Origin: Bdellovibrionales bacterium
GTDB lineage: Bacteria; Bdellovibrionota; Bdellovibrionia; Bdellovibrionales; UBA1609
Direction of reading: 5' to 3'
Length of the DNA: 64,000 nucleotides
Assembly: GCA_965219095.1 (NCBI GenBank)
Contig: CBDCMT010000001.1
Location: 608,001-672,000 of the forward strand
Below are positions 33,198-44,424 of this stretch, piece by piece. The notes beneath the pieces are model-generated. The model made no database searches and had not been told where the DNA came from. It worked only from the letters and a program-made list of their open reading frames with translations. The position numbers and the translations under genes are program-made. Positions within the stretch are counted from its first letter, which is position 1. Each line of letters starts with the position of its first letter.

Positions 33198-33960
33198 TTT
33201 TCTCAAACTCTTTAGGAACAGTGATTTTGTATTTACTGATATAAATACCGTTTTTGACAAGGCTTCTTTTTCCAGACCCTAAATCCACTTTTGTCAAATC
33301 AAGGTATTTCAAGCATTGATGATTAAACTTCTCAGTCAAGTATAAAAACAATCGCTTGACTTTTATAGATGAACAATTTTCTAACAATATTTGTATTGAT
33401 TTTGGATTCAGATTATTAAGTCCTTCCATCAATTCATAACATTCAAAAAGCTCCTGGTATTTTGGAATTAAAAAGAGACACTCCATGATAGCACGAGCCG
33501 GACTGGACACTTTGACTGAAAAACTCTTTTCCTCTAAATTCCTCAGCCCCATATTTACCGGAAAAAATGATGTTGTATAATAATCAACTCTTGACTTCCA
33601 ATTATAGTTTTTAAACCATTTAGGCAGTTTCTTTTGGTCTCTTCCAAAAAGAACAACCCGAGGAGTAGACATTTCTATATAATGACCTTGCCCCTGAAGC
33701 GATAAAGCCGTTCGTCCCCCCACATGCACAGATAAGCCCATTTGGTTTTGAAGGGCATATATTCCTCCGAGATAATCCACAGAATCACCTGAGCGTATCA
33801 TGGCCCCGACACCTATAGATTCAAACCAACCACTTTTCTTATATCTTTTCTGCAGATCTAAGCTATACCCTTGCTGAACAAGCCATGAGGATAGCATAAC
33901 CACCCCATGGGGAGTTGTGCTCAATAAGTGGTTTATTTTTGTCTTATTTTCGGTACCCAT
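33178..33960 (-). CDS. abiEi: AbiEi antitoxin (type IV TA)
   Basis: KINHLL, HVGGRTALSLQG, SSPARAIMECL, LLENCSSIKVKRLF, DLGSGKR; start ATG 33960. Confidence 0.9.
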   Translation of the reverse strand: MGTENKTKINHLLSTTPHGVVMLSSWLVQQGYSLDLQKRYKKSGWFESIGVGAMIRSGDSVDYLGGIYALQNQMGLSVHVGGRTALSLQGQGHYIEMSTPRVVLFGRDQKKLPKWFKNYNWKSRVDYYTTSFFPVNMGLRNLEEKSFSVKVSSPARAIMECLFLIPKYQELFECYELMEGLNNLNPKSIQILLENCSSIKVKRLFLYLTEKFNHQCLKYLDLTKVDLGSGKRSLVKNGIYISKYKITVPKEFEKNEEPEI

Positions 33961-34139
33961 AGTACTAAAATAGCATAAAATATGAACCCTTGCAAGCTGG
34001 TGGTTTATTTTAAATCTTACAGAGGTACTATAAGTGCCTTTAGACAAGAAAATATAAACTCCTAACTTCGATACAACACATAGCAACAAATCAATAATTA
34101 CAATAGGTTAAAAGATTCTGGGGTCATAGAATCAGGATC

Positions 34140-34274
34140 ATTTATTGATGGATGAAGTTTTGTGAAAGAAGCCTCATAAGCAGAGTTTCTTTGAAGGTGA
34201 AAGGATCTGTAGATGACCTCTTTTCATCTCTTTGACATTTCGAGACGTGTCAGATCTAAGTTGCAACTATCACA
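34140..34274 (+). mobile_element. IS481-like 3' tip
   Basis: TGTCAGATCTAAGTTGCAACTATCACA terminus preceded by a degenerate FIDG codon run. Confidence 0.45.
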
Positions 34275-34304
34275 TTTTAGAACACCTTATTTCTTCCTAT
34301 TCTT

Positions 34305-34865
34305 TTATTTTTGAAGAAAAATCGATGTAGAATCAATAAATGATATGCCGGTGGTTTTACTCATAAGGCTTGTCGAGAAAAGAAACATCAAAAAAGCCAT
34401 GTCTTTTTTGATGTTCACAAATCGGGAGTAAGACAACATTTTAGGAAAATAAGATTTAAGATAGACTTTTGCAAACTGGTAAAAGGCTTTAAAATTCCTA
34501 AAGCCAGAACTTTGGAAAAGTAAGATAAAGAGTGACAATTTCGCTGGGAGACATAGCACAAGAAAAACCTCCTTTATTTTTGGGAACCAGTTCTGGATGC
34601 TGCTGTATGAGAGGGGTTAAAAAATCATCGACAAGAACATAAATTGATATGATAGAATTAGAATTAGAATTAAACATTTTAGACCTCCTTGTATGTTTTT
34701 TTATAACTCTCAAGGTGTTTTTTCTTGTAAGTTGCTTTTTCAAGAAAATCTTACAAAAGTCTGAGGTATTTGTTTATATGGCTCCTCCCGGGAACCCAAA
34801 GATTCTTTTGAGGAGGCGTTTATATTAGCTAGCCTTTGGCTCTGAAAAAAAGTCGAAACTCGGGT
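34305..34865 (-). mobile_element. IS982-family remnant
   Basis: IYVLVDDF, SEIVT, FRNFKAFY, SYSRFV, SFIDST in two frames; ACCCGAG end at 34865. Confidence 0.8.
34780..34817 (+). mobile_element. 38-bp mini-ISL3 with TSD
   Basis: GGCTCCTCCCGGGAA...TTCTTTTGAGGAGGC flanked by GTTTATAT repeats. Confidence 0.9.
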
Positions 34866-36275
34866 TAATACCATTTCCAAAAATTAATTCGACATTCTTT
34901 TAACGCATAGCGTCCTGGCTTTTTGATCAAACTCTGTTAAATTTTTAGAGTGTCGAAAAAAGATTTAGTTACACAAATTCAAGGGTATGATTTTCTAGCT
35001 ACTTACAAAGTAGAAAGAAGTGCCAACATCAAGATAAAACTCCAAGCTTTGCAGCATATGCAAGAAGGAAAATCGATTCAAGAAACAGCAAGTATAGTTT
35101 TCTATCACCGTCACAGTATCAAATCCTGGTTACAGTCTTTTGTAGACTTTGATTACGAGGGGTTGATAGATCGAGAAGGCAGAGGGCGCAAGCCTCGTTT
35201 ACCAGTGACAGAAGAAGAGAACTTCAAAATCAAGTTAGATGAAATTCAAGACAAGAGAGAAGGAGGAAGCATAGGAGCAAAGGGAATACAGGAACTTTTA
35301 GCAAATGAATTTGACTGTTGCTATTCTCTTTCTGGGGTTTATGCTCTTTTAGACCGTCTTAATATTGTATGGATCAGTGGTCGTTCTCTTCATCCTAAAA
35401 GTTCACAAGAAGCTATGGAACAGTTTAAGGAACATTTTCCAGAAGAGGTGGAGAAAATAAAGGAAAAGATTCAGACTCATAAAATAGAGATTTGGTGGCA
35501 GGATGAATGCAGAATAGGCCAGCAAGGTTCTTTGAGTAGGATTTGGGCAAGAAAAGGCACACGGCCTAGAGTTGTGAGGCAAAGACAATTTTTATCCACT
35601 TATATTTTTGGAGCAGTTTGTCCGGATAGAGATAAAGGCTGTGCTTGGGTTTTACCGGAATGTAATTCAGGGATGATGCAAATTCACTTAGATGAGATAT
35701 CTAAAAATATTCAAGAAAACTATCATGGAATTGTTTTAATGGACAGAGCCAGTTGGCATACCACAGAGACTTTGATAGTTCCTAAGAATTTATCCCTGAT
35801 GCCTTTACCTCCTTATAGTCCAGAATTAAATCCCATGGAACAAGTCTGGCAACAATTACGAAGGATCAAATTATCGAATGCATGTTTTAAAAACTATGAC
35901 CATATACTGAATACTTGTTGTGAGGCCTGGAATACTTTTTGCGATCAGGAGGGCAGGATTAAAAAATTATGCACTCGATCTTGGGCAAAACAACAAGATG
36001 AATCAAGCTTGTAAATTAATTTGAACCTATAAATTAAATTGCGTAACTGATTTTTTTCATTTTACATCTTAACCTCACTTTTTTACACTTATTTTAACCC
36101 ATCAATCGATTCACACAACAATAGATATACATAAAATAAACATATCTTATGAAAACTCAACCTCCCTTCAAAAAAAACTTTTTTAAAGCCTCCTAATTGA
36201 AACTTTTCCTTAAGTCAATTTTAAAATTTTAAATTTGAACATAAAAATGTCGAATTAATTTCTGTAATTGGTATA
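34866..36275 (+). mobile_element. IS630-A, complete, uninterrupted transposase 34950-36014
   Basis: WQDE, MDRASWH, LPPYSPELNPMEQVW; TA flanks. Confidence 0.95.
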
Positions 36276-38594
36276 AAAGGTCCTTTTTAACTAAGAAAGA
36301 GGAGAAAATGCTTTTAAAGGAATTAGAGAAAAGAATTTTTCCATCATCACAGACCGTTATTCAGTTCATTGAGGAGAATTTTGGTGTTACGTACTCAACA
36401 AGTGGTGTAATTGATCTTCTCCATCGCCTTGGTTTTTCTTATAAAAAAGCCACAGCGATACCGGGTAAGGTAAAGAAAGAAGAGCAGGAAAAGTTTGTGC
36501 GTAAATACAAGAGAATTAAGAAGAAAGACGGTCCTGTTTACTTTGCTGATTCCACACATCCTAAGTGGGGCCCTACGATTTCATATGGTTGGATAAGAGA
36601 GGGTAAGAAGTTTGAAGTGAAGACCAATTCAGGCTGGAGAAAAAGAGTGAATGTTTGTGGAGCTATTGAGATCAATAGTTTGAAGAAGGTAGTCAGGAGT
36701 TATAAGACAGTTAACCATGTTTCCATATGTGATATGCTCTATCATATTCATTAAGAAGTATTCCGATGAAAAAGAGATTCATCTTATCTTAGATGGGGCC
36801 GGATACAATAGATCGAAGTCTGTCAAGAAGTTAGCGAAAGAGTTGAATATAAAACTTGTTTATCTTCCTCCGTACTCACCGAATTTAAATCCTATAGAAA
36901 GGCTTTGGAAGTTTATGAAAAAGCCTCCTCAAAAGAATCTGTGGGTTCCCGGAGGTTCTGGCAGTTTTCCAAGGTTATGATATAAGGCGATTTTTATAGC
37001 TTTAGAGGTTCTAAAGCCGTAAGATTTTCTCATAGTGAGTTTTACTTTGTTGTTTAAACCCTCTACAATCCCTGAGGAGAAGGCTTTTTTAGCCTTGAAG
37101 TAATTAAGAATAAGTAGCTTATGTCTTCGTATGGTTTTTGCTTCTCTTTTCATAGGTTCAATTTTTGAAAGCATGACTCGTCTCGTCCAACTGTCTATAA
37201 ATTTACCAGCCCAAGTTGGTGAAACATAGGTCCATAACTGTCGGAAGTCTTCTTTTAAAAAATAACAGCGGATACTTTTTAAATTGTACTGTATTAAATG
37301 CCTTAATTTTACTTTTTCATAAGATTTTAAATTTTCTGCATTTTTTAACAAGGGCCATCTAGCTTTTGTTAAAAGGGGTTCATACCCGTCTTCTTTCATT
37401 TTTTTGTGTTCTGAAGCTCTCACTTCGTCTAAAGCCTTATTGAGTCTTGCTACGATATGAAACCGATCTAATATATTCAAAGCTTGACTTGCCCTTTCCT
37501 TTATTACTTTTAAATAGGGCTTCCACATATCAGAACACACAAACTGTATATCTTTTGACTTCTCTCCTAGTAAATCAAAGAATTTTCTAAAACTCTTTTC
37601 TGTTCTTTTTTCTCCTATCCATAGCAAACGAACACTTTCTTTGCTTATTTCATAGACTAAGGTGAGATACTTATGGTTCTTTTTCTATTGTATCTCGTCG
37701 ACTCCTATAGCATATATCCCCTCTAAAACCCTCTGTTTTAAACCATACTCTACAACCCACTCCACTGAAGCATAGACCTGATTCCAACTGACCTGAAACT
37801 TACAAGAAACCTCTTTCCAAGACAGGTGACGACACCAGTCAGCTAAGTACTTCATGTAAAAAATTGTTAGGTTTTTCTTCCCATCTGCCCAAGGTAAATA
37901 CTCAACTTTTACTCCACAGCAAGGACAATTAACTCTTCTTACAAAATAAACAAAAAATACCTTGTAACTTAAAATAGGAAGGGATTCAAAGTCCCGTGAT
38001 GATTTACTTCTGTCATACACTGAACAGGGCTTCTTACAAACACTACAAAAAGCTTGGCCATTTTTACGAGCCTTAATAGGAACATTAATTGACTTTCTAT
38101 CTTTTGAAAAATAAATGTCTCCGTATACAAAAGACTTCCATCTTAAACAATCATTTAGTATAGTCTTCAAAAGCATCTCTTCCCTCCTTTTTTTTTTTTT
38201 GAATAACATTTTAAGGCATCTGGGAAGTAGGTGCTTCTTTTTTAAAATTTTAATGTAACACAGCAAATAAAAGCAAATAAAATGAATGTTTTTGAGTTCA
38301 ATCACCGGAGGTGATAGAGGCCAGTAAGGGCCTCAAAGAACTCAAAAATACAAGATAGAATGTCTTACTCTTACTTTGATTAATATGAGCCTTTTTGGGG
38401 GATTTCTACTACTTTTCACCCACAGATTCCCGGGAGGAGCCATGAAAAAAGAGGTCACGGCGAATCGATATTATGAAAACTATGACGATTTCAAGGGAAG
38501 TTTAAGTCAATTTTTTAGAGGAATACGAAACCACAGGCCTAAATTAGAAACTTTGATAACTGATAACTTCTCCATCTTAGGAACCTGAAAACCT
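36276..38594 (+). mobile_element. IS630-B 3' part, interrupted by ISL3
   Basis: LPPYSPNLNPIERLW; frame resumes at 38442. Confidence 0.88.
36923..38441 (-). mobile_element. ISL3 copy 2, transposase with a nonsense codon at 37685
   Basis: 8-bp TSD ATGAAAAA; TGG to TAG relative to copy 1. Confidence 0.95.
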
Positions 38595-38739
38595 CTTAGA
38601 ATGCTATACCTGATAACCCCTTCTTAAGGATTTTAAAACTCCCCATAAAGGAATTTTCTTCTATTTTTACTTGATTTTTGGTTATTTTATTTATATAATT
38701 AAAATAAGTTTATTTATTAGGACCTGGAGGAAAAAAATA

Positions 38740-39645
38740 GTGTGTACAATGATAAAACAGATGTCTAAGTTTATTTTTATATTACTTTCAACATTAGGGA
38801 TTCTTTTCTCAAAGGCCTATACTAATCATTGCTATAACCTTTTTAAAGGAGAAAAAATTCAAAAACTACAAAAAATAGATAGCACAAAAGATTCTTTTCA
38901 AACATTAGGTGAACAGAAGCTCCTTGAAACTTATCGATACAAGGGTGATATTAATTTAAGTGATGGAAATTACAAGAAAGCCATAGAATATTATGACAAA
39001 CTCATAGAATTAGACCCTAAAAACAAACTCACCTATTTGTATTATTTACATAGGGGCATTGCTAAATCAGAACTAGGGGAACAAGAAGAGGCACTCGTAG
39101 ATATCAATAAAGCAATAGACCTCAACCCTCAATATGCTCAGTCTTACCAAACTAAAGGTATTGTAAAAGAAATTTTAAAACTAAATGATGAAGCCATAGA
39201 TTCCTACATTAAAGCTATAGAATTAAGCCCCAATTTTTTTGAAGCACATCGCAACTTAGCTGTTTTATACTCTGAATCAGGAGAGTATCAAAAATCCATA
39301 AATCATTTTCAGGCTATACAGAATTATCCAGAAGACCCATATATTTATTATAATAAAGGAGTTACACTGTTTAATATTGGTCTTTACGAAGAGGCATTGA
39401 TCAATGTTAATAAAGCTATTAGGTTAAAACCTGATTTTAAAGAAGCACTTTCCCTGAAAGAGGATTTTAGTGACGATGTTATAAAAAAAGTCAAAGAAAT
39501 AGAAGTTGATAATTTAAAAGTAATACAAAACCAAATAGAAACAAGTAATAAAAAAAATTTTTTTAGAAAAAGAGAGAGGTATAAGAATTATAGGAAAAAA
39601 AAGTTAAACTCAAAGTCAGGAAAAAAAAGAGGGAATTTTTATTGA
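38740..39645 (+). CDS. Exported tetratricopeptide-repeat protein
   Basis: About five TPR units (KAIELxP pattern), signal-like N-terminus, GGAGG before GTG 38740. Confidence 0.85.
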   Translation: MCTMIKQMSKFIFILLSTLGILFSKAYTNHCYNLFKGEKIQKLQKIDSTKDSFQTLGEQKLLETYRYKGDINLSDGNYKKAIEYYDKLIELDPKNKLTYLYYLHRGIAKSELGEQEEALVDINKAIDLNPQYAQSYQTKGIVKEILKLNDEAIDSYIKAIELSPNFFEAHRNLAVLYSESGEYQKSINHFQAIQNYPEDPYIYYNKGVTLFNIGLYEEALINVNKAIRLKPDFKEALSLKEDFSDDVIKKVKEIEVDNLKVIQNQIETSNKKNFFRKRERYKNYRKKKLNSKSGKKRGNFY

Positions 39646-39648
39646 TCC

Positions 39649-40078
39649 TATAGTGAATACGCTTAGATTTTCCGGTCGATTCTCTAGAGAAAAATCTTAA
39701 ATACGCAAAAAGGATTATGACAATTCTCCATTTAGATAAAGGTGAGTTGTGTAAAGATATTTTCCGTTTTCTTTTCATTGATGAGGGCACGATAAGAGCC
39801 TATAGAGATCCTTATAACAAAGGTGGGATAGAGTGTTTAATCAACGACAATTACAACCCTAAAAGGTCCTTTTTAACTAAGAAAGAGGAGAAAATGCTTT
39901 TAAAGGAATTAGAGAAAAGAATTTTTCCATCATCACAGTCTGTCATCCAATTCATTGAGGAGAATTTTGGTGTTACGTACTTTAACAAGTGGTGTAATTG
40001 ATCTTCTCCATCGCCTTATATCATAACCTTGGAAAACTGCCAGAACCTCCGGGAACCCACAGATTCTTTTGAGGAGGC
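39649..40078 (+). mobile_element. Chimera: IS630-C end + IS630-B fragment + ISL3 right end
   Basis: TATAGTGAATACGC end (also near 46124); junctions at TCTCTAGAGAAAA and ATCGCCTT. Confidence 0.85.
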
Positions 40079-40163
40079 GTATATTTTTTCTATTGCTGGA
40101 ACTGTTTCACCATCCAAATAATTTTGAAACGCTCTGTGTGTGTGGGTTTTGAAGTACAATTAG

Positions 40164-41695
40164 GTAACTGCTCACTTTCGTAAGTTTTTATTTAAAGCCA
40201 TAGAGATGGCTTCTAAAGAAGAATACCCTCTATTTCTCATTGTTTTAACATAGCTGGTAATACGACAAAAATATTTCGCCATTTCTTCTGTTCTGAAACA
40301 CCCTGACAATTTCTTTTTCACTTTAGTCATTCTTAGATCTCTTTCAGCTCTGTTATTAGTAGGATCTACGTTCTTTCTTTTAGAAAAACACAGTATTTCT
40401 GCTTCATACTTTTTAAATCGCAGCCAAAGGTTTTGAGCTTGTGTATGCTTTATTCGTCCTTTCTTGCCATTTTTCTTAGGAAATTCTGGAAGCTCTTTTA
40501 AGCCTTTTGTAAGAATACTCCTATACCTTCTCTGAAGAGTTTCGTACTCTTTTTGAGTCAGAACTCTTGACTCTTTTTTATGAACTAACTCCACAGTCTC
40601 TTTAAGAAGTTTTTTGAGATTTATAGCCCATTTGAATCCATTGCTTTCTTCTATAAATTTAAGCTCTCTCAAAAGGTGAGCCACACACAAAGCATGAGTT
40701 ATCTTATCATAACAAAAGTAAGGACTCCAACAATCATGCACAAGCACTCCTCCATATCTATCCAAGAGACCAATATCTTTTATGGCTTCCCTTCCACGTG
40801 AAAGGTGGAGAAACTGCAAGACTAATTCTCCTGAACTATAAGTATGAATCCAGTAGTTTTTACCCTTAACCCTCATAGAGGTCTCATCAACATGAATGAC
40901 CTCTGATTCAAGTATCTTTTCTTTCATCTGCTCTTCCCAACTTTTAAGAAACTCTCCTAATTCAGCAATGTATCTCAACATAACTGCAGGAGAAATCATT
41001 CGACCTATAAGCCCCATGTAATGTTCCCCAACACGTTGAAAAGACAGCATCTGAACTATAATGAAATTGATGATGGAAGCTCTAATGCCTATACCATACT
41101 GAAGAGGACCACTCATACCTTTAGGGAATTGACCTTTATTTCTAGCTCCACATGAGGGACAATCCTTAACCTCAGAAGTTACAGTATGGGTCTGAATTTC
41201 ATAAAAAATATCAATCTTTTTACGCTTCTCAAGGCTTTTTACCTCTGCTGTCTTTAAAAACATCCCACACTGAGAACACTCTGAGGGAGAGACAGTCTCC
41301 TCGCTGTTTGTATCTTTACTGTTATCAAGTCTAGAGCCCTTTTTCTGACTCCCACTAGCTTTCTTATTACGATTCCCTTGACGACTAAAATCTTGCGAAG
41401 GAGGAAGACCGCTGTTGCTGGAATTTTTTCGAACCTGTTTTTCTAAAAGCACAACAATCAGAATGTTCACAACCTTAAAGAGAGATTCAACAATCACAGA
41501 AATCTCAGTAGGCATAGAACCTTTCTTTGCAAGCTTATCAAAGTCACTTCTTATATTTTCAATCTCATTTCTGATGGAGGTCTTATTTATTGTCATTTGA
41601 AAAAAGTATTTAAAAGAAAATCTGTAAGAGCAAGACTTTTATCTTAAAACAGGTCTAAAGTTAGGGATAACTGAACAATGTAGGTGAGCAGTTAC
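40164..41695 (-). mobile_element. IS66-A (single-ORF type), complete; transposase 40172-41596
   Basis: GTAACTGCTCAC ends, 8-bp TSD ACAATTAG; NSSNSGLPPS, HVDET, CVAHLLREL, TNNRAERDLR. Confidence 0.95.
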
Positions 41696-41952
41696 ACAAT
41701 TAGTATATTAAAGATTCGAAGTTCGCTAAACTTCTTATTAAAGAAGTTTCCGAAAAAGGATATGTAGGTGTTCTTAGTATGATTGAAAGCAATGTTTTAA
41801 GTAAAGAATACTATAAGGCTCATCCTTTCTTTCAAAAGCTGTTTGATGGAAAAAAGCCTACAATAAAACGAATTTAAGAAGCTATAAAAACTGGCCGTTT
41901 GGATAAAAACACAAAAAGAAGCAAGAAATCTCTAAAACTATAAAAGATTCTA

Positions 41953-42011
41953 AAAGAGAAAATATGAATGACCATCCTTTTTGAAGGGCTGGTCATTCAT
42001 ATTTTCTCTTT
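41953..42011. repeat. Long inverted repeat upstream of recG (possible terminator)
   Basis: 22-bp perfect arms AAAGAGAAAATATGAATGACCA / TGGTCATTCATATTTTCTCTTT. Confidence 0.75.
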
Positions 42012-42107
42012 CATAGAATATCCCTTTTCTTATGGGAAATGGGTTAGGACATTTTTTTAAAAGAAAAACATGACAAATCAAAAAAAGGCGGTTAAGATGG
42101 TTTTTTT

Positions 42108-44195
42108 ATGAGAATTTTTGCAGATACAGACCTTCAGTATGTAAAAGGAGTAGGACCTCGTCTTGCCGAGAGATTTTATAAAAAGAATCTTTATAAAGTT
42201 TCTGATCTCTTAACCTACTATCCTAGAATCTATATGGTACAAAAATCGGTCAATGCCATTTCTTCTTTAAAACAAGGACAAGATGTGTGTTTTCAAGCAA
42301 CTATTTTTAAAATACGCTCCCTTTCCCTAGGTCGTTCTCATCGTAAAGGTTATGAAGTGGTTCTTTCTGATAAAACAGGAAAGATTTCAGGATTTTTTTT
42401 CCATCTTCCTTATAGAGATTATTTTTCTTCTTTTGAACCTCATCAACAGGTGTGGGCTACAGGAAAGGTGGCTTTTTATAAGGGGAGGTTACAAATCCAT
42501 CATCCTTTGCTGGAAACAATTAAAAATAAAGAGCCTTTAGAGACTAAAGACAAAATTGTTGCTCTTTACACAGACATTGATGGTGTTTCTCAGGCTAAAT
42601 TTAGAAAAATTATAAAAACTGTTTTTGATAACCTTTATTTAGAAGATCATTTACCTTCTTGGCTAAGGGACAAATATCATCTTATGGATTTAAAGGAGGC
42701 TTTCCAAAAAGTTCATAGGCCTGAAAGTGAGGTTTTTGAGAAGATTTTAGAATTTCAAACTTCAGCTCAAAAAAGACTTATTTTTGATGAATTTTTTTGG
42801 ATGGAATTAAAAATGGCTTTGAAAAAAGGCCAAATAGTCCATCAAAAAGGGTTTCAACTTGAAAAAAAATATAATTTAACAAAAAAATTAGTAAAGAATT
42901 TAGATTTTACACTTACAGGTAGTCAGAAAAAAGTTTATCAAGATATTGTATCTGATTTCTGTAAGACAAGGCCTATGCATCGGTTGATTCAAGGAGATGT
43001 AGGTTCAGGAAAAACCATTGTGGCTTTTATGTCTTCACTTATGGTGAAAGAAAATGGCTTACAAACCTGTCTTATGGTACCTACTGAAGTTTTAGCTCAA
43101 CAACATTATGAAAAAGCCTGTGAACTTTTAAAGCCTTTAGGAGTAAATGTAGAGCTTCTTATAAGTCAATTAAAAGCAAGTGAGAAAAAGCAAGTTTATG
43201 AAGATTTGAGAGTAGGAAAGATTGATCTTTGTATAGGAACCCATGCTCTTTTGCAAGAGAATGTGGAGTTTCGCTCTCTTGGGCTTGTTATTATTGATGA
43301 ACAGCATCGGTTTGGTGTGAGTCAAAGAGGGATGTTATTAGAAAAAAATCAAAATGATAGGAAAAGTCATTTTCTGGTTATGACAGCGACTCCTATTCCT
43401 CGCACTCTTGCTATGACAGTATATGCGGACTTAGATATTTCTGTCCTTGATGAAAAACCTCATGGAAGAAAACCTGTTATCACAAAAAAATCTTTTTCAT
43501 CACAAAGGTATAAAGTCATAGATTTTTTAAAAATTCAACTAAAAAAAGGGCATCAAGCTTACGTAATTTATCCTTTGATTGAAGAAAGTGAAAAGGTGGA
43601 TTTGCGAAACGCTCAATGTGAGTACGAAAAATTAAAAGGTACTTTAAAGGGTTATTCTGCTGCCCTCTTGCATGGAAAAATGAAAACCAAAGAAAAAAAA
43701 GAACTTATGGAAGGTTTTCGTAAAAATAAGACACAAGTCCTTGTATCTACTACTGTCGTGGAAGTAGGTGTTGATGTTCCTAACGCTAATGTGATGATTG
43801 TGGAGCATGCAGAAAGATTTGGCCTATCTCAACTTCATCAGTTAAGGGGACGAGTGGGCAGAGGTAATAAACAAAGTTATTGCATTTTAATTTTAGGCCA
43901 TAGGTTGTCTAAGGAATCTCTTATGAGAGTTGAAGTTATGGAGCAGTATAGTGATGGTTTTAAAGTAGCAGAATATGACCTGAAACTTAGAGGCCCTGGA
44001 GAGTTTTTAGGCACAAAGCAATCAGGACTTACAGGTTTTAAAATGGCTAATTTTATAAGAGATCAGAAGTCCATAGAACTAGCAAAAAAAGCAGCCTTTG
44101 AGGTAATTTATAAGGATCCCCACTTCTTAGAACCACAGAACAAGAAGTTAAAGCAAGCTTTTGAAAAGAACGTAGAAGCCTTTGTTGCTGGTTAG
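42108..44195 (+). CDS. recG: ATP-dependent DNA helicase RecG
   Basis: GDVGSGKT, DEQH, MTATPIPRT, QLRGRVGRG, DLKLRGPGE. Confidence 0.97.
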   Translation: MRIFADTDLQYVKGVGPRLAERFYKKNLYKVSDLLTYYPRIYMVQKSVNAISSLKQGQDVCFQATIFKIRSLSLGRSHRKGYEVVLSDKTGKISGFFFHLPYRDYFSSFEPHQQVWATGKVAFYKGRLQIHHPLLETIKNKEPLETKDKIVALYTDIDGVSQAKFRKIIKTVFDNLYLEDHLPSWLRDKYHLMDLKEAFQKVHRPESEVFEKILEFQTSAQKRLIFDEFFWMELKMALKKGQIVHQKGFQLEKKYNLTKKLVKNLDFTLTGSQKKVYQDIVSDFCKTRPMHRLIQGDVGSGKTIVAFMSSLMVKENGLQTCLMVPTEVLAQQHYEKACELLKPLGVNVELLISQLKASEKKQVYEDLRVGKIDLCIGTHALLQENVEFRSLGLVIIDEQHRFGVSQRGMLLEKNQNDRKSHFLVMTATPIPRTLAMTVYADLDISVLDEKPHGRKPVITKKSFSSQRYKVIDFLKIQLKKGHQAYVIYPLIEESEKVDLRNAQCEYEKLKGTLKGYSAALLHGKMKTKEKKELMEGFRKNKTQVLVSTTVVEVGVDVPNANVMIVEHAERFGLSQLHQLRGRVGRGNKQSYCILILGHRLSKESLMRVEVMEQYSDGFKVAEYDLKLRGPGEFLGTKQSGLTGFKMANFIRDQKSIELAKKAAFEVIYKDPHFLEPQNKKLKQAFEKNVEAFVAG

Positions 44196-44271
44196 AAATT
44201 TTTCAACTTAAAGCTATTGATACTAACATATAAAATACCCTAATGAAATCCATGTTATTTTTTTCATTATG

Positions 44272-44424
44272 GACTCTTGACTCTTTTTTATGAACTAACT
44301 CCACAGTCTCTTTAAGAGTTTTTTTGAGATTTGTAGTCCATTTGAATCCATTGCTTTCTTCTATAAATTTAAGCTCTCTCCTGTCTTAAACAACCGAGAG
44401 ACTTAATCATGAGAGGGTTATTCT
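44272..44424 (-). mobile_element. IS66-A internal fragment fused to an IS3 orfB fragment
   Basis: Matches 40563-40670, then 16072-16118. Confidence 0.85.
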
